A stretch of DNA of 64,000 bases from an uncultured Bacteroidaceae bacterium. Lineage in GTDB: Bacteria > CAIWAD01. The notes under the pieces were generated by a model. The model saw only the letters and a list, made by a program, of their open reading frames with translations, ran no database searches and had not been told where the DNA came from. The stretch spans positions 561 through 64,560 of the forward strand of contig CAYFPS010000015.1 of NCBI GenBank assembly GCA_964345075.1. Reading direction: 5' to 3'. This document shows, one piece after another, positions 26,369 through 36,921 of the stretch. A program made the translations under genes and the position numbers. Numbering within the stretch: the stretch's first letter is position 1; every line of letters starts with the position of its first letter.

Positions 26369-29359
26369 ATGCTCTCATTTCTCAAGAACGTCTTTGGCGG
26401 CAAGAAGGATCGCAGGGAATTCACCCTGGCCAAGTACGCCGAAGATATCAGCAAGATCAACTCCTTCTACGAAGGCCTGCAGCAGCTCGATGAAGAAGCG
26501 CTCAAGGCCAAGACTCAGGAGTTTCGTGCCCGCCTGAAGGCCGGCGAGACCGTAGACGATCTCATGCACGAGGCTTTTGCCGTCGTCAAGGAAGCCTGCC
26601 GCCGCTGTGTGGGCACCAGCTACCGTGTGACAGGGCGGGAAGTCACCTGGGACATGATCCCCTACGATGTGCAGCTGATTGGCGCCATCGCCCTGCATCG
26701 CGGCAGCATCGCTGAAATGGCCACGGGTGAAGGCAAGACCCTGGTTGCCACCATGCCCATGTACCTGAATGGTCTTTCGGGCAAGGGCGCGCACCTGATT
26801 ACGGTCAATGACTATCTGGCCCAGCGTGACTCGGAATGGATGGGCCTGATCTACCGCTATCTGGGCATGAGCGTCGGCGTGATCCTAAACGGACAGGCGC
26901 CGCAGGTGCGCAAGCAGATGTACGCGTGTGATATTGTATACGGCACCAACAACGAGTTCGGTTTCGACTACCTGCGTGACAACATGGTGCTGCATGCCGA
27001 GGACCGTGTACAGGGCGATTACAACTTCGCCATTGTCGACGAAGTGGACTCGGTCCTGATTGACGAAGCCCGTACGCCGCTGATTATTGCCGGCCCGGTG
27101 GACAAGTCCACACACAAGTTCGTCGAGCTGAAGGATCCGGTGAAGCGTCTGGTGGATGATCAGACGAAGCAGACCCGCGCGTGGATCAAGGAAGCCGAGA
27201 AGCTGTGGGCTACCGAAAAGGACGAAGACCGCTATCAGGCCGGTTACCTGTTGCTACTTGTATCACGCTCCACGCCGCGCCTTGAAGAGTACATGGAGGT
27301 CATCAAGGGCGAAGGCGTCAAGCGCATGATCACGCGGGTTGAAAACGATCACCTGCGTGAGAAGAAGCTGCATGTGGCCGACAACGAGCTTTTCTATTCG
27401 ATTGACGAGCGCAATCATCAGATCGACCTGCAGGAAAAGGGCCGCCAGAAACTGGCCATGTACATGAATGCCCATGAGGATGTCTTCGTCCTGCCTGACC
27501 TTTCCGAAGAGCTGGTCAAGATTGATGAGGACGCCACGCTGGATGAAGCGGGCCGCCTGAAGAAGAAGGACGAGCTCAACCGCACCTTTGGTGATCGCAG
27601 CGAACGCATTCACAACATCAGCCAGCTGCTCAGGGCTTACACGCTTTATGAAAAGGACAATGAGTACGTGGTGCAGGATGGCAAGGTGCAGATCGTGGAT
27701 GAGTTCACGGGCCGCATCATGCACGGACGCCGCTTCTCGGATGGTCTGCATCAGGCGCTGGAAGCCAAGGAAAATGTCAACATCGAGCGTGAGACACAGA
27801 CGGTTGCGAGTATCACGCTGCAGAACTTCTTCCGCATGTATGACAAGCTGGCCGGCATGACCGGTACGGCCGCCACGGAAGCCAATGAGTTCTGGGACAT
27901 CTACAAGCTGGATGTGGTGGAGATTCCCACCAACAAGCCGATTGCCCGTGGTGACTGGAACGACCTGATCTTCCGCACCAAGAAGGAAAAGTACAACGCG
28001 ATCACCGAGAAGATCGGCGAGCTGCACAAGGAAGGCAGGCCGGTCCTGGTCGGTACGGTCAGCGTCGAGGTTTCCGAGATCATTTCCGATCTGCTGCGCA
28101 AGGCGGGCGTGCCGCACAATGTGCTCAACGCCAAGCAGCACAGGAAGGAAGCGGAGATTGTCCTGAACGCCGGCCAGAAGGGTGCGGTCACGATTGCCAC
28201 CAACATGGCCGGTCGTGGAACGGACATCAAGCTGGGCGAAGGCGTGATCACCACCAATGAAAAGGGTGAGCGCACGGGCGGTCTGTTTATTCTGGGCACC
28301 GAGCGACACGAAAGCCGCCGCATCGACCTGCAGCTGCGTGGACGCTCCGGCCGTCAGGGCGATCCCGGTGACTCGATCTTCTACCTGAGTCTGGAAGACG
28401 ATCTGATGCGCCTCTTCGGCAGCGAAAGGCTGGCCGGCATCATGGATCGGCTGGGCCTGAAGGAGGGCGAAGTCATCTCCCACAAGATGGTGACCAACTC
28501 CATCGAAAAGGCGCAGAAGCGCGTGGAAGAGCAGAACTTCTCCATTCGAAAGCACCTGCTGGAATACGACGATGTGATGAACGCCCAGCGCAAGACCGTG
28601 TATACGCGCCGCATGAGTGCACTCAAGGGCGAAGATCAGGCCAACGCCATCGAAGAGATGATTCAGGATGTAGTGGACGCGCTGGTCGACAAGCACTGCC
28701 AGCCCATGGGTCAGCCTGATGAGTGGGCCTGGGCCGCGCTCAAGCAGGACCTTCTGCGCATTCTGCTGCTTAATCTCGACCTGAGCGAAGAAGAGCAGCT
28801 TTCGGCCACACAGACAAGCATGCTCGATCTGCTTGAAGAAAAAGCGCTGGAAATCTACAGCCGCAAGCGTGAGCTGATTGGCGACGAACTGATGCCCAGG
28901 CTCGAGCGCTTTGCCATGATCACGGCAACTGACAAGCGCTGGAAATCGCATCTGGCGGAAATGGACGAGCTGAAGGCCGGCATCGGATTCCAGGCTTATG
29001 CCCAGAAGAATCCGCTGATTGAATACAAGAAGCAGGGCCTCGAAATGTTCCATGACATGCTGATTGGAACTTACGAGGACTGTCTGGCCCTGATCATGCG
29101 CGCCAATGTCGAGATCAAAAAGGAAGACACCGAGTTTGCCGGCAGGGGCGATGAGGGCGTGCAGACCAGCCATCAGGAAGCGAACCTGATGCGCTCCGGT
29201 GGCAGCATGGCGCCCAAGACCACCAGCCGTGAAGAGCGTGAAGCGGCCATGAGCAAGCGCGAACCGATTCGTCGTGAAGGCCCGCGTGTTGGACGCAATG
29301 ATCCCTGCCCCTGCGGGAGCGGAAAGAAGTACAAGTCCTGTCATGGAAAGACGGACTGA
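26369..29359 (+). CDS. secA: Preprotein translocase subunit SecA
   Basis: [60 protein letters not shown] and the C-terminal SEC-C motif [17 protein letters not shown]. Confidence 0.99.
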   Translation: MLSFLKNVFGGKKDRREFTLAKYAEDISKINSFYEGLQQLDEEALKAKTQEFRARLKAGETVDDLMHEAFAVVKEACRRCVGTSYRVTGREVTWDMIPYDVQLIGAIALHRGSIAEMATGEGKTLVATMPMYLNGLSGKGAHLITVNDYLAQRDSEWMGLIYRYLGMSVGVILNGQAPQVRKQMYACDIVYGTNNEFGFDYLRDNMVLHAEDRVQGDYNFAIVDEVDSVLIDEARTPLIIAGPVDKSTHKFVELKDPVKRLVDDQTKQTRAWIKEAEKLWATEKDEDRYQAGYLLLLVSRSTPRLEEYMEVIKGEGVKRMITRVENDHLREKKLHVADNELFYSIDERNHQIDLQEKGRQKLAMYMNAHEDVFVLPDLSEELVKIDEDATLDEAGRLKKKDELNRTFGDRSERIHNISQLLRAYTLYEKDNEYVVQDGKVQIVDEFTGRIMHGRRFSDGLHQALEAKENVNIERETQTVASITLQNFFRMYDKLAGMTGTAATEANEFWDIYKLDVVEIPTNKPIARGDWNDLIFRTKKEKYNAITEKIGELHKEGRPVLVGTVSVEVSEIISDLLRKAGVPHNVLNAKQHRKEAEIVLNAGQKGAVTIATNMAGRGTDIKLGEGVITTNEKGERTGGLFILGTERHESRRIDLQLRGRSGRQGDPGDSIFYLSLEDDLMRLFGSERLAGIMDRLGLKEGEVISHKMVTNSIEKAQKRVEEQNFSIRKHLLEYDDVMNAQRKTVYTRRMSALKGEDQANAIEEMIQDVVDALVDKHCQPMGQPDEWAWAALKQDLLRILLLNLDLSEEEQLSATQTSMLDLLEEKALEIYSRKRELIGDELMPRLERFAMITATDKRWKSHLAEMDELKAGIGFQAYAQKNPLIEYKKQGLEMFHDMLIGTYEDCLALIMRANVEIKKEDTEFAGRGDEGVQTSHQEANLMRSGGSMAPKTTSREEREAAMSKREPIRREGPRVGRNDPCPCGSGKKYKSCHGKTD

Positions 29360-29369
29360 AGCCGGCCAC

Positions 29370-29398
29370 TTGACTCGGAACAGTCCCGAGTGTACTTT
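29370..29398 (+). promoter_or_regulatory. Sigma70-like promoter for tRNA-Thr
   Basis: TTGACT (29370-29375), 17 bp, TACTTT (29393-29398), 11 bp before the tRNA. The region also forms ACTCGG/CCGAGT arms. Confidence 0.6.
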
Positions 29399-29409
29399 GG
29401 TCGGTCTGT

Positions 29410-29482
<73 letters not shown>

Positions 29483-29488
29483 TGCCCG

Positions 29489-29518
29489 AAGGCCCTTTTA
29501 GAAGGGCCTTTTTCTTTT
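29489..29518 (+). terminator. Intrinsic terminator after the tRNA
   Basis: AAGGCCCTT-TTAG-AAGGGCCTT followed by TTTCTTTT. Confidence 0.85.
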
Positions 29519-29579
29519 GCGGGCAGCCCCGCTCATCTTGCTACCTTGCTGCCTGTCACCTCTGCACCAGGAATCCTGC

Positions 29580-30464
29580 ATGAACTTTCAAGAGATCCTT
29601 GAACCGCTGGGTCACATGCTTGACCTGACGCTGTTCAAGCTGAACACCACACCGATCACAACGGGATCGATCCTGACGCTGATCGTCATCCTTTTTCTCT
29701 TTCACATTGGCTCACGTCTGCTGGAGCGGATGATTGACAAACTGGTCTTTCAGCGCGTGCAGATGGAAGAGGGAACGCGCTACACCTTACGGCGCGTGAT
29801 GCATTACATGTTCATGAGTCTGGGCGTGCTGGTCGGCTTTCAGGCGGTGGGCATTGATCTGACCGGTCTGGCGGTGGTCTTCGGCATGCTTTCGGTCGGA
29901 ATCGGATTTGGTCTGCAAAACCTGACGAGCAATTTCATCTCCGGCCTGATCCTGCTGATCGAGCAGCCGATCAAGGTGGGCGACCGTGTAACCGTTGGCG
30001 AAATTGAAGGTGATGTGCAGGATATTTCGATCCGCTCAACGACCGTCAACACGCTGGATAACCTGACGATTATCGTTCCCAACAGTGACTTCATTTCTGC
30101 CCGTGTCATCAACTGGTCCCATGGCGACCGCCGTGTGCGCACTGTGATTGAAGTGGGCGTATCCTATGGCTCCGATCTGGATCTGGTTCTGGAGACTCTG
30201 AAGGAAGCCGCTGTGACACATTCGAAAGTGCTGCAGGATCCTGCGCCGGACGTGCTGCTGGCCGGTTTTGGTGACAGCGCCTGGAACATGAAGCTGCGCG
30301 TCTGGCTGCCTGATGCTCATCGTCTTTATGTGATACGCAGCGAGATCAACTGCGCGATCGTGCGCCTCTTCCGCCAGCGCGGTATTGAGATCCCCTTCCC
30401 CCAGCAGGATCTGCATGTCAGAAGCTCGATTCCGCTTGTAACACGACAGGACGAGAATGCCTGA
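29580..30464 (+). CDS. Mechanosensitive ion channel, MscS family
   Basis: VGIGFGLQNLTSNFISGLILLIEQPIKVGDRV, VPNSDF, VGVSYGSD and IEIPFPQQDLH. ATG at 29580. Confidence 0.92.
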   Translation: MNFQEILEPLGHMLDLTLFKLNTTPITTGSILTLIVILFLFHIGSRLLERMIDKLVFQRVQMEEGTRYTLRRVMHYMFMSLGVLVGFQAVGIDLTGLAVVFGMLSVGIGFGLQNLTSNFISGLILLIEQPIKVGDRVTVGEIEGDVQDISIRSTTVNTLDNLTIIVPNSDFISARVINWSHGDRRVRTVIEVGVSYGSDLDLVLETLKEAAVTHSKVLQDPAPDVLLAGFGDSAWNMKLRVWLPDAHRLYVIRSEINCAIVRLFRQRGIEIPFPQQDLHVRSSIPLVTRQDENA

Positions 30465-31392
30465 GGCTGAACAGCGCAACTTGCTTGATTGCGGTCTGGT
30501 TCTTGAGGGTGGAGGCCTGCGGGGCGTCTACTCCAGTGGCGTGTTGCGAGCGCTGGCCGACCTGAATCTGGAATTCGACTATGTGATCGGCACCAGCATG
30601 GGCGCCTGCAACGGAGCGAACTTTGTATCACGGCAGTGGGATCGTAATCGCACCGTGAACATTCGCTTCGTGCGTGATTCTCGCTACACCAGCTACCTGC
30701 GCCTGCTTGGGACAGGTGAGCTTTTCGGCATGGACTTCATTTACAACACGATTCCCCATGAAATCGTGCTCTTTGACTACACGGCCTTTTATGCGAATCC
30801 TGCCCGCTTTGTGATCACCAGCACGGATGTTGAAAGCGGCGAATGTGTCTATTGGGAAAAATCGTCCTTGAGTGAAGAGGGCCTGATGAAAGTCATGCGC
30901 GCCTCCACCAGCCTGCCCTGGATCGGTCAGCCGGTTTCCCATGAGGGCCGCAAGTTGATGGATGGTGGCTTGAGTGACAGCATTCCCTTAGGCTATGCGC
31001 AAAAGGCCGGCAAAATGAAGAATCTGGTGGTGCTGACCCAGCCTGCTGGCTATCAGAAGTCAGCAGTTTCGGCAGGGCGGCTGCTACGCCTTAGGCATCC
31101 CGGCCTGCCGGGCCTTTATCGCTGCCTGGCAAAGCGCCACGAACAGTACAATCAGCAGCTGAAGGAGGTGGAAGCAGCCGAAAGGGCTGGAAGCTGCTTT
31201 GTCTTAAGACCCTCCGGTCCCCTTGATGTGGGAAGAATCGAGCGTAATCCCGCAAAGCTCCATTTGCTTTACGAACGCGGTTATCTCGAAACGCTTGCGG
31301 CCTGGCCCAAGCTGCTGGACTGGCTTCAGCTTTCGTGGCCAAATATGGCACAAAACTGTAATAGTTCAGTTAAAATTCCCACCAACTTGTAG
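30457..31392 (+). CDS. Patatin-like phospholipase
   Basis: LEGGGLRG, GTSMG (GxSxG) and DGG motifs. Confidence 0.9.
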   Translation: MPEAEQRNLLDCGLVLEGGGLRGVYSSGVLRALADLNLEFDYVIGTSMGACNGANFVSRQWDRNRTVNIRFVRDSRYTSYLRLLGTGELFGMDFIYNTIPHEIVLFDYTAFYANPARFVITSTDVESGECVYWEKSSLSEEGLMKVMRASTSLPWIGQPVSHEGRKLMDGGLSDSIPLGYAQKAGKMKNLVVLTQPAGYQKSAVSAGRLLRLRHPGLPGLYRCLAKRHEQYNQQLKEVEAAERAGSCFVLRPSGPLDVGRIERNPAKLHLLYERGYLETLAAWPKLLDWLQLSWPNMAQNCNSSVKIPTNL

Positions 31393-31465
31393 ATATTCAA
31401 ACATTTTTGCGACATTTCCCCTCAGTCACTGATCAACCAGTCAAAGAATTACAGGAGAGCTTCTC

Positions 31466-32788
31466 ATGAGGAAGATCGTCGCTTCCATGCTGATGCTGCT
31501 GACCGTCGCCTGCGCTTTTGCGGCTACGGATGCGGAAAGCGTCAAGGGCAAGTGCATGACCTGCCACAAGGAAAAGACAAAGGGACTCTACAAGCAGTGG
31601 TACAGTTCGGAGCACGCGCGCCACGATGTAACCTGTTTGGATTGTCACATGGCCGAGAAGAGTGATGCCGATGCTTTCATGCACGAAGGCGCGCTGATTG
31701 CCACGCTCGTGACTCCAAAGGACTGTGGTCGCTGCCACGAGAAGGAAGCCGCCGAGGTGGATGCTTCGCATCACGCGACCGCCGGTATGATCCTCGAATC
31801 CAATGACGCCTATCTGGCGCATGCCGCCGGTGGACAGCCTGTGGCCATCACCGGTTGTGAAAACTGCCATGGCGCCAAGGTGAAGATTGACCCCAACGCC
31901 CCCAACAAGCTGGATGCCAAGACCTGGCCGAATTCCGGCATTGGTCGCCTCAATCCAGATGGCAGCAAGGGCGCCTGCTCGGCCTGTCACACGCGCCATG
32001 CCTTTGACAAGGCGCAGGCCCGTCGCCCCGAAGCCTGTTCCAAGTGCCACCTGGGCCCCGACCATCCGCAGAAGGAAGTCTACGAAGAGTCCAAGCACGG
32101 CAACGCGTATTACACGCACATCGAGGACATGAATCTGGATTCCGACCGCTGGATTGTGGGTGAGGACTATTACGAGGCCCCGACCTGCGCCACGTGTCAC
32201 ATGTCGGCCACCCCGAATCAGGGTGTGACACACGATGTGGGTGCCCGCATCAGCTGGAACCTGCGTGCTCCCGTCTCCAAGAAGATGGAAGACTGGGAAG
32301 GCAAGCGTGAGAACATGAAGGAAGTCTGCAGCAACTGCCACAGTTCTTCTTTCTCCGAAGGCCACTATTACCAGCTGGACGCTCTGGTCAACCTCTACAA
32401 CGAGAAGTTCGCCATTCCGGCCAAGCAGGTGATGGACCTGATCAAGAAGAATGGTGCCCTGGAACATCCGGCCGCTTTCTCCAATGAGGTCGAGTGGGCC
32501 TACTGGGAGTTGTGGCATCACGAAGGTCGCCGCGCCCGTCACGGTGCCGCGATGATGGGACCGGACTACACCTGGTGGCACGGCGTATACGACATGGCTC
32601 ACAACTTCTACTTCAAGTTCATCCCGGAAGCCCGGAAACTTGAGGACGCGGAAGTCAACGCGATGATCGACAAGATTCTGAACGAGCCCATGCACCAGTG
32701 GTTCAACCGCCCGACCAAGGAGATCAAGGAAGACATCCGCAACGGCAAGATGCCCGCGATCTACCAAGACCTCTTCTCGCAGGAGTAA
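31466..32788 (+). CDS. Octaheme cytochrome c, hydroxylamine oxidoreductase (HAO)-like family
   Basis: Signal peptide and eight CxxCH (CMTCH, CLDCH, CGRCH, CENCH, CSACH, CSKCH, CATCH, CSNCH). Also HLGPDHPQKEVYEESKHG, WHHEGRRAR and GPDYTWWHG. Confidence 0.88.
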   Translation: MRKIVASMLMLLTVACAFAATDAESVKGKCMTCHKEKTKGLYKQWYSSEHARHDVTCLDCHMAEKSDADAFMHEGALIATLVTPKDCGRCHEKEAAEVDASHHATAGMILESNDAYLAHAAGGQPVAITGCENCHGAKVKIDPNAPNKLDAKTWPNSGIGRLNPDGSKGACSACHTRHAFDKAQARRPEACSKCHLGPDHPQKEVYEESKHGNAYYTHIEDMNLDSDRWIVGEDYYEAPTCATCHMSATPNQGVTHDVGARISWNLRAPVSKKMEDWEGKRENMKEVCSNCHSSSFSEGHYYQLDALVNLYNEKFAIPAKQVMDLIKKNGALEHPAAFSNEVEWAYWELWHHEGRRARHGAAMMGPDYTWWHGVYDMAHNFYFKFIPEARKLEDAEVNAMIDKILNEPMHQWFNRPTKEIKEDIRNGKMPAIYQDLFSQE

Positions 32789-32790
32789 TC

Positions 32791-34275
32791 ATGAGTCAGC
32801 GCTACATAGCCATGTTGCGCGGACTGTCGGCCCATATTCTGGGCAGGCTGGGAGTGGCCATGGTCACTTCCAGCTTCCTGCTCTTTCTGGTCTTTGAGTT
32901 TCTTCGTATCACGGGCGCATTGACCAACGCCTATATCGGCCTGATCACCTACATGCTCTTTCCGGCCATCTTCATTCTGGGCTTGCTGCTGATTCCGCTG
33001 GGATGGTGGTTTACCCTGAAGAAGACCGGCATGACAAGCCGTGAACTGCTCAACCGGCAGTTTCCGGAAGACGAGCTGAAGGGCAGCATCTGGGGTTCGG
33101 GTGTCTTCACCATGATTCTGGTGCTAACCGGGCTCAACCTGCTCTTTCTGGGTGGTGGATCGGCGCGTGTTGTCTCCTTCATGGATTCGGCCGAATTCTG
33201 CGGGACCGCGTGTCACGGTGTGATGAATCCCGAGTGGGTGACTTATCAGAGCTCGCCCCATGCCCATGTGGCCTGCGTGGATTGCCATGTGGGTGAAGGT
33301 GCTGGCGCTGCGCTCAATGCGAAACTCAACGGCCTGAGGCAGGTTGTCTCCGCAACCTTTGATCTTTACGAAAAGCCGGTGCCAACACCCGTGCACCAGC
33401 TGCGGCCGGCCCGCGAGACCTGTGAGAAGTGTCACTGGCCGGAAAAGACCTATGACGATCGCCTGCGTGTGATCCTCAATGTCGACTCCGACGAGGCGAA
33501 CAGCTACAGCTACACGACGCTGGGGCTGAAGGTGGGCGCCAAGCACGAAGCCGGCTCGATTCACTGGCACATTGCCGAAGAAAACGCGGTGCGATATGCC
33601 TCGGTTGACGACAGGCGTGAAGAAATGATCTGGGTGGAATGGCTGCAGAAGGATGGCAGCTGGAAGCGCTATGAGAACAAGGATCTCCAGCAGCCGGCCC
33701 ATTCTTCCGACATGCGGGTGATGGACTGCGTGGATTGTCACAACCGCGCAACCCACATCTACGAGGATCCGGAGGAAGGGCTGAACGCCCGCTTTGCATC
33801 TGGCGAGCTGGACCCGGAGCTGCCCTGGCTGAAGCGGGAGGCGCTGGGCGCAATTCTCAGCAACTGGCAAAGTGCCGAGGCGGCTCAGGAAGGCGTGGCC
33901 AAAGCCATCCGCTCCTTCTACCGTCACAACTATCCGGAGCTGCTGGCAGCCAAGGCCGAAAGCATCGAAAATGCCGTTGCTTCACTTCAGGCGATGGTTG
34001 CGCGCAATCTGCATCCTTCCATGAAGATCACATGGGGCAGCTATCCCAATCATTTGGGACATCGCCCCGATGAAGCGGGGTGTTTCCGCTGCCACAATGA
34101 CCGGATGGTGGATGAAGCCGGCGTGGCCATCAACAACGATTGCACGCTGTGCCATTCGATTCTGGCCGACGAAAGTCCGCTTCCCTATCAGTACCTGATG
34201 GAAATGGATCCCAATGACCCGCAGTATCATGAAGGCCAGTACTTGAAAAACGAGTACTTCAAGCGCTTCTACTAG
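32791..34275 (+). CDS. Membrane-anchored NapC/NirT-type multiheme cytochrome c
   Basis: Three N-terminal TM helices and six heme motifs (CGTACH, CVDCH, CEKCH, CVDCH, CFRCH, CTLCH). AGGAG RBS and ATG at 32791. Confidence 0.85.
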   Translation: MSQRYIAMLRGLSAHILGRLGVAMVTSSFLLFLVFEFLRITGALTNAYIGLITYMLFPAIFILGLLLIPLGWWFTLKKTGMTSRELLNRQFPEDELKGSIWGSGVFTMILVLTGLNLLFLGGGSARVVSFMDSAEFCGTACHGVMNPEWVTYQSSPHAHVACVDCHVGEGAGAALNAKLNGLRQVVSATFDLYEKPVPTPVHQLRPARETCEKCHWPEKTYDDRLRVILNVDSDEANSYSYTTLGLKVGAKHEAGSIHWHIAEENAVRYASVDDRREEMIWVEWLQKDGSWKRYENKDLQQPAHSSDMRVMDCVDCHNRATHIYEDPEEGLNARFASGELDPELPWLKREALGAILSNWQSAEAAQEGVAKAIRSFYRHNYPELLAAKAESIENAVASLQAMVARNLHPSMKITWGSYPNHLGHRPDEAGCFRCHNDRMVDEAGVAINNDCTLCHSILADESPLPYQYLMEMDPNDPQYHEGQYLKNEYFKRFY

Positions 34276-34296
34276 GCGCGGGAAATGCAGTGAATG

Positions 34297-34330
34297 AAAA
34301 GCCCCGGCACCGGAAGTGGCGGGGCTTTTT
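34297..34330 (+). terminator. Bidirectional-type intrinsic terminator after the cytochrome operon
   Basis: AAAAGCCCC...GGGGCTTTTT. Confidence 0.75.
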
Positions 34331-34333
34331 GTG

Positions 34334-34494
34334 GTCCGACCAGTAGTCCGACCAGTAGTCCAACCAGCGGTCCAACCAGTAGTCCGACCAGTAGTCCAAC
34401 CAGTAGTCCGACCAGTAGTCCGACCGGTAGTCCGACCGGTAGTCCGACCGGTAGTCCGACCAGTAGTCCGACCAGTGGTCCGACCGGTAGTCCG
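34334..34494. repeat. 12-bp tandem repeat, 13 full units, consensus GTCCGACCAGTA
   Basis: Units start at 34334+12n. Variants are GTCCAACC, CCGGTA, CAGCG and CAGTG. Intergenic between convergent genes. Confidence 0.95.
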
Positions 34495-34651
34495 GTCAAT
34501 TCCCCCAGAACGACAGCTCGCCTGAAAGGGATCCAGGGACTCTGGCTTCGATACTGTCTTCCGCAATGTCACTTCAGAAGCGCATTGGCGAAGGTTCTGC
34601 AGGAAATCGTTGACGGTTTTGGGAATTAAGGTTTTGCCGGAGGGGCCTTTC

Positions 34652-34683
34652 TTCCGACCAGTGGTCCGACCACTGGTCCGACC
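34652..34683. repeat. Satellite cluster of the same 12-bp unit (about 2.5 copies)
   Basis: TTCCGACCAGTG GTCCGACCACTG GTCCGACC, with cores at 34652, 34664 and 34676. Confidence 0.85.
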
Positions 34684-34716
34684 AAAATCCCCCCTTGCTT
34701 CGACCCAAACCCCTCT

Positions 34717-36918
34717 CTAGTCCGTACCACCCAACCTGAAAAGCAGATCCAATCGCCAGACTCTTCCCGGCATGCGGTAACGCTCCATCTCCTCGTAGGC
34801 CACGTCCGTCAGGTTTTCGACGCTTGCCGAAACTTCTACATGACCGAGATCGTAGCTGGCCTTCGCACCTAGCAGAGCATAAGCGGCGGGAGCATCGCTC
34901 TGGTAGAATCGCACGACCTCCGTCTCGCTGACATAGCGCAGACTACCCGAGAGTGTCCATTTCCCTGGCATCCAGCTCGCGCTGCCATTTAGATGATGCA
35001 CGGGCTGGTAGGGCAGGGCCAGGCCTGTGTCCTCATTCTTTGAGTCAACCATCGTGTAGCCAAGGCTTCCAGCGAAGCTCTGGCGCCTCACGCCGGCCTC
35101 GACCTCCCAGCCTTGAATGGTCGCGCGCTGCAAATTCACGATCTCGAAAATCGACGAGACACCGGTTTCCTGATAGTGGATCATGTCGCGATAGCGATAA
35201 TCGAATTGGGTCAGATCCAGACTCAGGCCATTGTTGGACCAGTTTAGACCTGCCTCCCAGCTCCGACTCTCCTCGGCATTCAAATCGGGATTGGCGGTGA
35301 AGGTATAATCGTTGCCCGGCACACTTTTGAGAAAGAGGTCTGCGATGGTCGGGCTGCGAAAAGCCGTTCCCCAGCTGGCCCGAAGAGTCCAGTCCTCAAG
35401 CGGACCTGCGCCGGGCAAGTTAAAACCGACCTTGGGCGATAGCAGGTCTTCTTCACTATTTCCAACCACTACATGGCGATCCGCGCGCAGACCAAGCTGC
35501 AGCAGCGGAACTCCCAGCCAGTCGCCAGGACTCCCTGCTAGCTGGATCTGATCCTGCACGAAGAGTGCGTAATTCAAATCCTGATGTTCGCCATAGAACA
35601 CGTCCGCAGGCTTACCGTCGACCACATTGGTCAGAAACTCGGCTCCCACAATCACCTCGTGTCGCTTGAAGCGCATCATGTCTGCCGTGGCACGCAGGCC
35701 CCAGACATCCGCGTCGGACCGTGTATCAGTCAGCTCATCATCGTGATACAAGGTCTCCGACAAGCCAAGATGACTCCAGGCCAGCAGCCGGCAGACGACC
35801 TTGTCGCCCACATATTTCCAGTTGATATCTGTCGAGAGATGACTCTTCTCCTGGCGGTCGTCGACATACTCGGGATGATGTGTATTCAAGTGCAGAGGGT
35901 GCGCGCGGCTTGCCCAGGTGTGTGGAAAGCCGCGATTCAGGTGTGACAGGTTGAAGTTTGCTTCAAACTGAGTGCGACCTGCAGGATCTCCAAAGCGGAA
36001 GCGACTGGCCAGCGCGTGATGGAGATAATCGCTGTTCTGCCGGTGACCATTGCTCTCGCGCTTGCTGTAAGACAGATAATAGCCAAGCTTCTCCATCTGA
36101 TTTGTATGTGTCACAGACAAATGATTTTCGGTAAAGGGTGTATCACGAAAGCGCTGTTCAGGAACTGGTAACTCACCCATGCCGTAACCAGCCTGCACCA
36201 AGGTCATGTGCTTTGGAAAACTTCGCATGGTAACAAGATGTATCACGCCACCCATCGCGGCACTTCCATAAAGGCTGGAGTAGCTACCCTTTGCCACTTC
36301 AACACGATCGATCACGGCCAGTGGAATCATACTCCAGTCCGGCCCGCCTGTATCACCGCTGATCATGGGACGCCCATCAACCAGCAGCATCACACGATTA
36401 CCCACACCGCCGCCCAAAAGGTTGGAGCTGCCTCGAATGGAAAGAGAGTTGGTCGTTGCGCCATCGCTGCGTTTTATGGAAATGCCGGGAATCACTTCGA
36501 GTACACGGCTGAGTTCCTGCGAACTGGTGCGCTCCAGTGTAGCACGGGGTACCACATCCACCTTGGTTGTAGCACTGCGGGTCGTCTGCTCCACCGCATC
36601 TGCCGTGTATACCATCTCACCCGCGTCTAACCAGGTGGCTCTCAGCGTGATGGTGCCCAGGTCCTGTCGACCGGCTGTCACACGAAAAGTGCGTGCATCA
36701 TAACCAAGGTGAGTGATCAGCAGCTGTCGTGTCTCGCTTTCAAGTAGATCGAGACGAAAGCGACCATCCAGATCGGTCGTTGTGCCCTGCGTTGTGTTCT
36801 TGAGCATGACATGCGCACCACCAATCGGCGAGCGGCTTTCGTCATCCACAACACGCCCAGTCAAGGAATAAGCTGCTGCCAGAGAGGCTGACAGCAGCAG
36901 AAGGAATACTCTCAGCAT
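34717..36918 (-). CDS. TonB-dependent receptor with N-terminal carboxypeptidase-regulatory-like domain
   Basis: Signal peptide, LTGRVVD...GTTTDLDGRF, plug RVMLLVDGRP / IDRVEVAKGSYSSLYGSAAMGGVI, NPDLNAEES and a C-terminal beta strand. Confidence 0.9.
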   Translation of the reverse strand: MLRVFLLLLSASLAAAYSLTGRVVDDESRSPIGGAHVMLKNTTQGTTTDLDGRFRLDLLESETRQLLITHLGYDARTFRVTAGRQDLGTITLRATWLDAGEMVYTADAVEQTTRSATTKVDVVPRATLERTSSQELSRVLEVIPGISIKRSDGATTNSLSIRGSSNLLGGGVGNRVMLLVDGRPMISGDTGGPDWSMIPLAVIDRVEVAKGSYSSLYGSAAMGGVIHLVTMRSFPKHMTLVQAGYGMGELPVPEQRFRDTPFTENHLSVTHTNQMEKLGYYLSYSKRESNGHRQNSDYLHHALASRFRFGDPAGRTQFEANFNLSHLNRGFPHTWASRAHPLHLNTHHPEYVDDRQEKSHLSTDINWKYVGDKVVCRLLAWSHLGLSETLYHDDELTDTRSDADVWGLRATADMMRFKRHEVIVGAEFLTNVVDGKPADVFYGEHQDLNYALFVQDQIQLAGSPGDWLGVPLLQLGLRADRHVVVGNSEEDLLSPKVGFNLPGAGPLEDWTLRASWGTAFRSPTIADLFLKSVPGNDYTFTANPDLNAEESRSWEAGLNWSNNGLSLDLTQFDYRYRDMIHYQETGVSSIFEIVNLQRATIQGWEVEAGVRRQSFAGSLGYTMVDSKNEDTGLALPYQPVHHLNGSASWMPGKWTLSGSLRYVSETEVVRFYQSDAPAAYALLGAKASYDLGHVEVSASVENLTDVAYEEMERYRMPGRVWRLDLLFRLGGTD

Positions 36919-36921
36919 GTT

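Noticed and set aside
27263-29344. 693-aa minus-strand ORF, and similar long antisense ORFs such as 31433-32767 and 38249-39385
   Set aside because: These are antisense shadows of secA, the octaheme cytochrome and the NYN gene, caused by high GC3. They have no recognisable motifs.
34334-34494. Repeat array as a CRISPR array for the type I-G system
   Set aside because: The period is only 12 bp with no unique spacers, and it lies 25 kb from the cas genes. No repeat-spacer array was found anywhere in the window.
34272-34629. ORFs reading through the repeat (PTSS, VRPV and GLLV frames)
   Set aside because: All frames are open merely because the 12-mer lacks stops. The PTSS-frame ATG runs into the terminator hairpin and has no RBS. 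Treated as non-coding.
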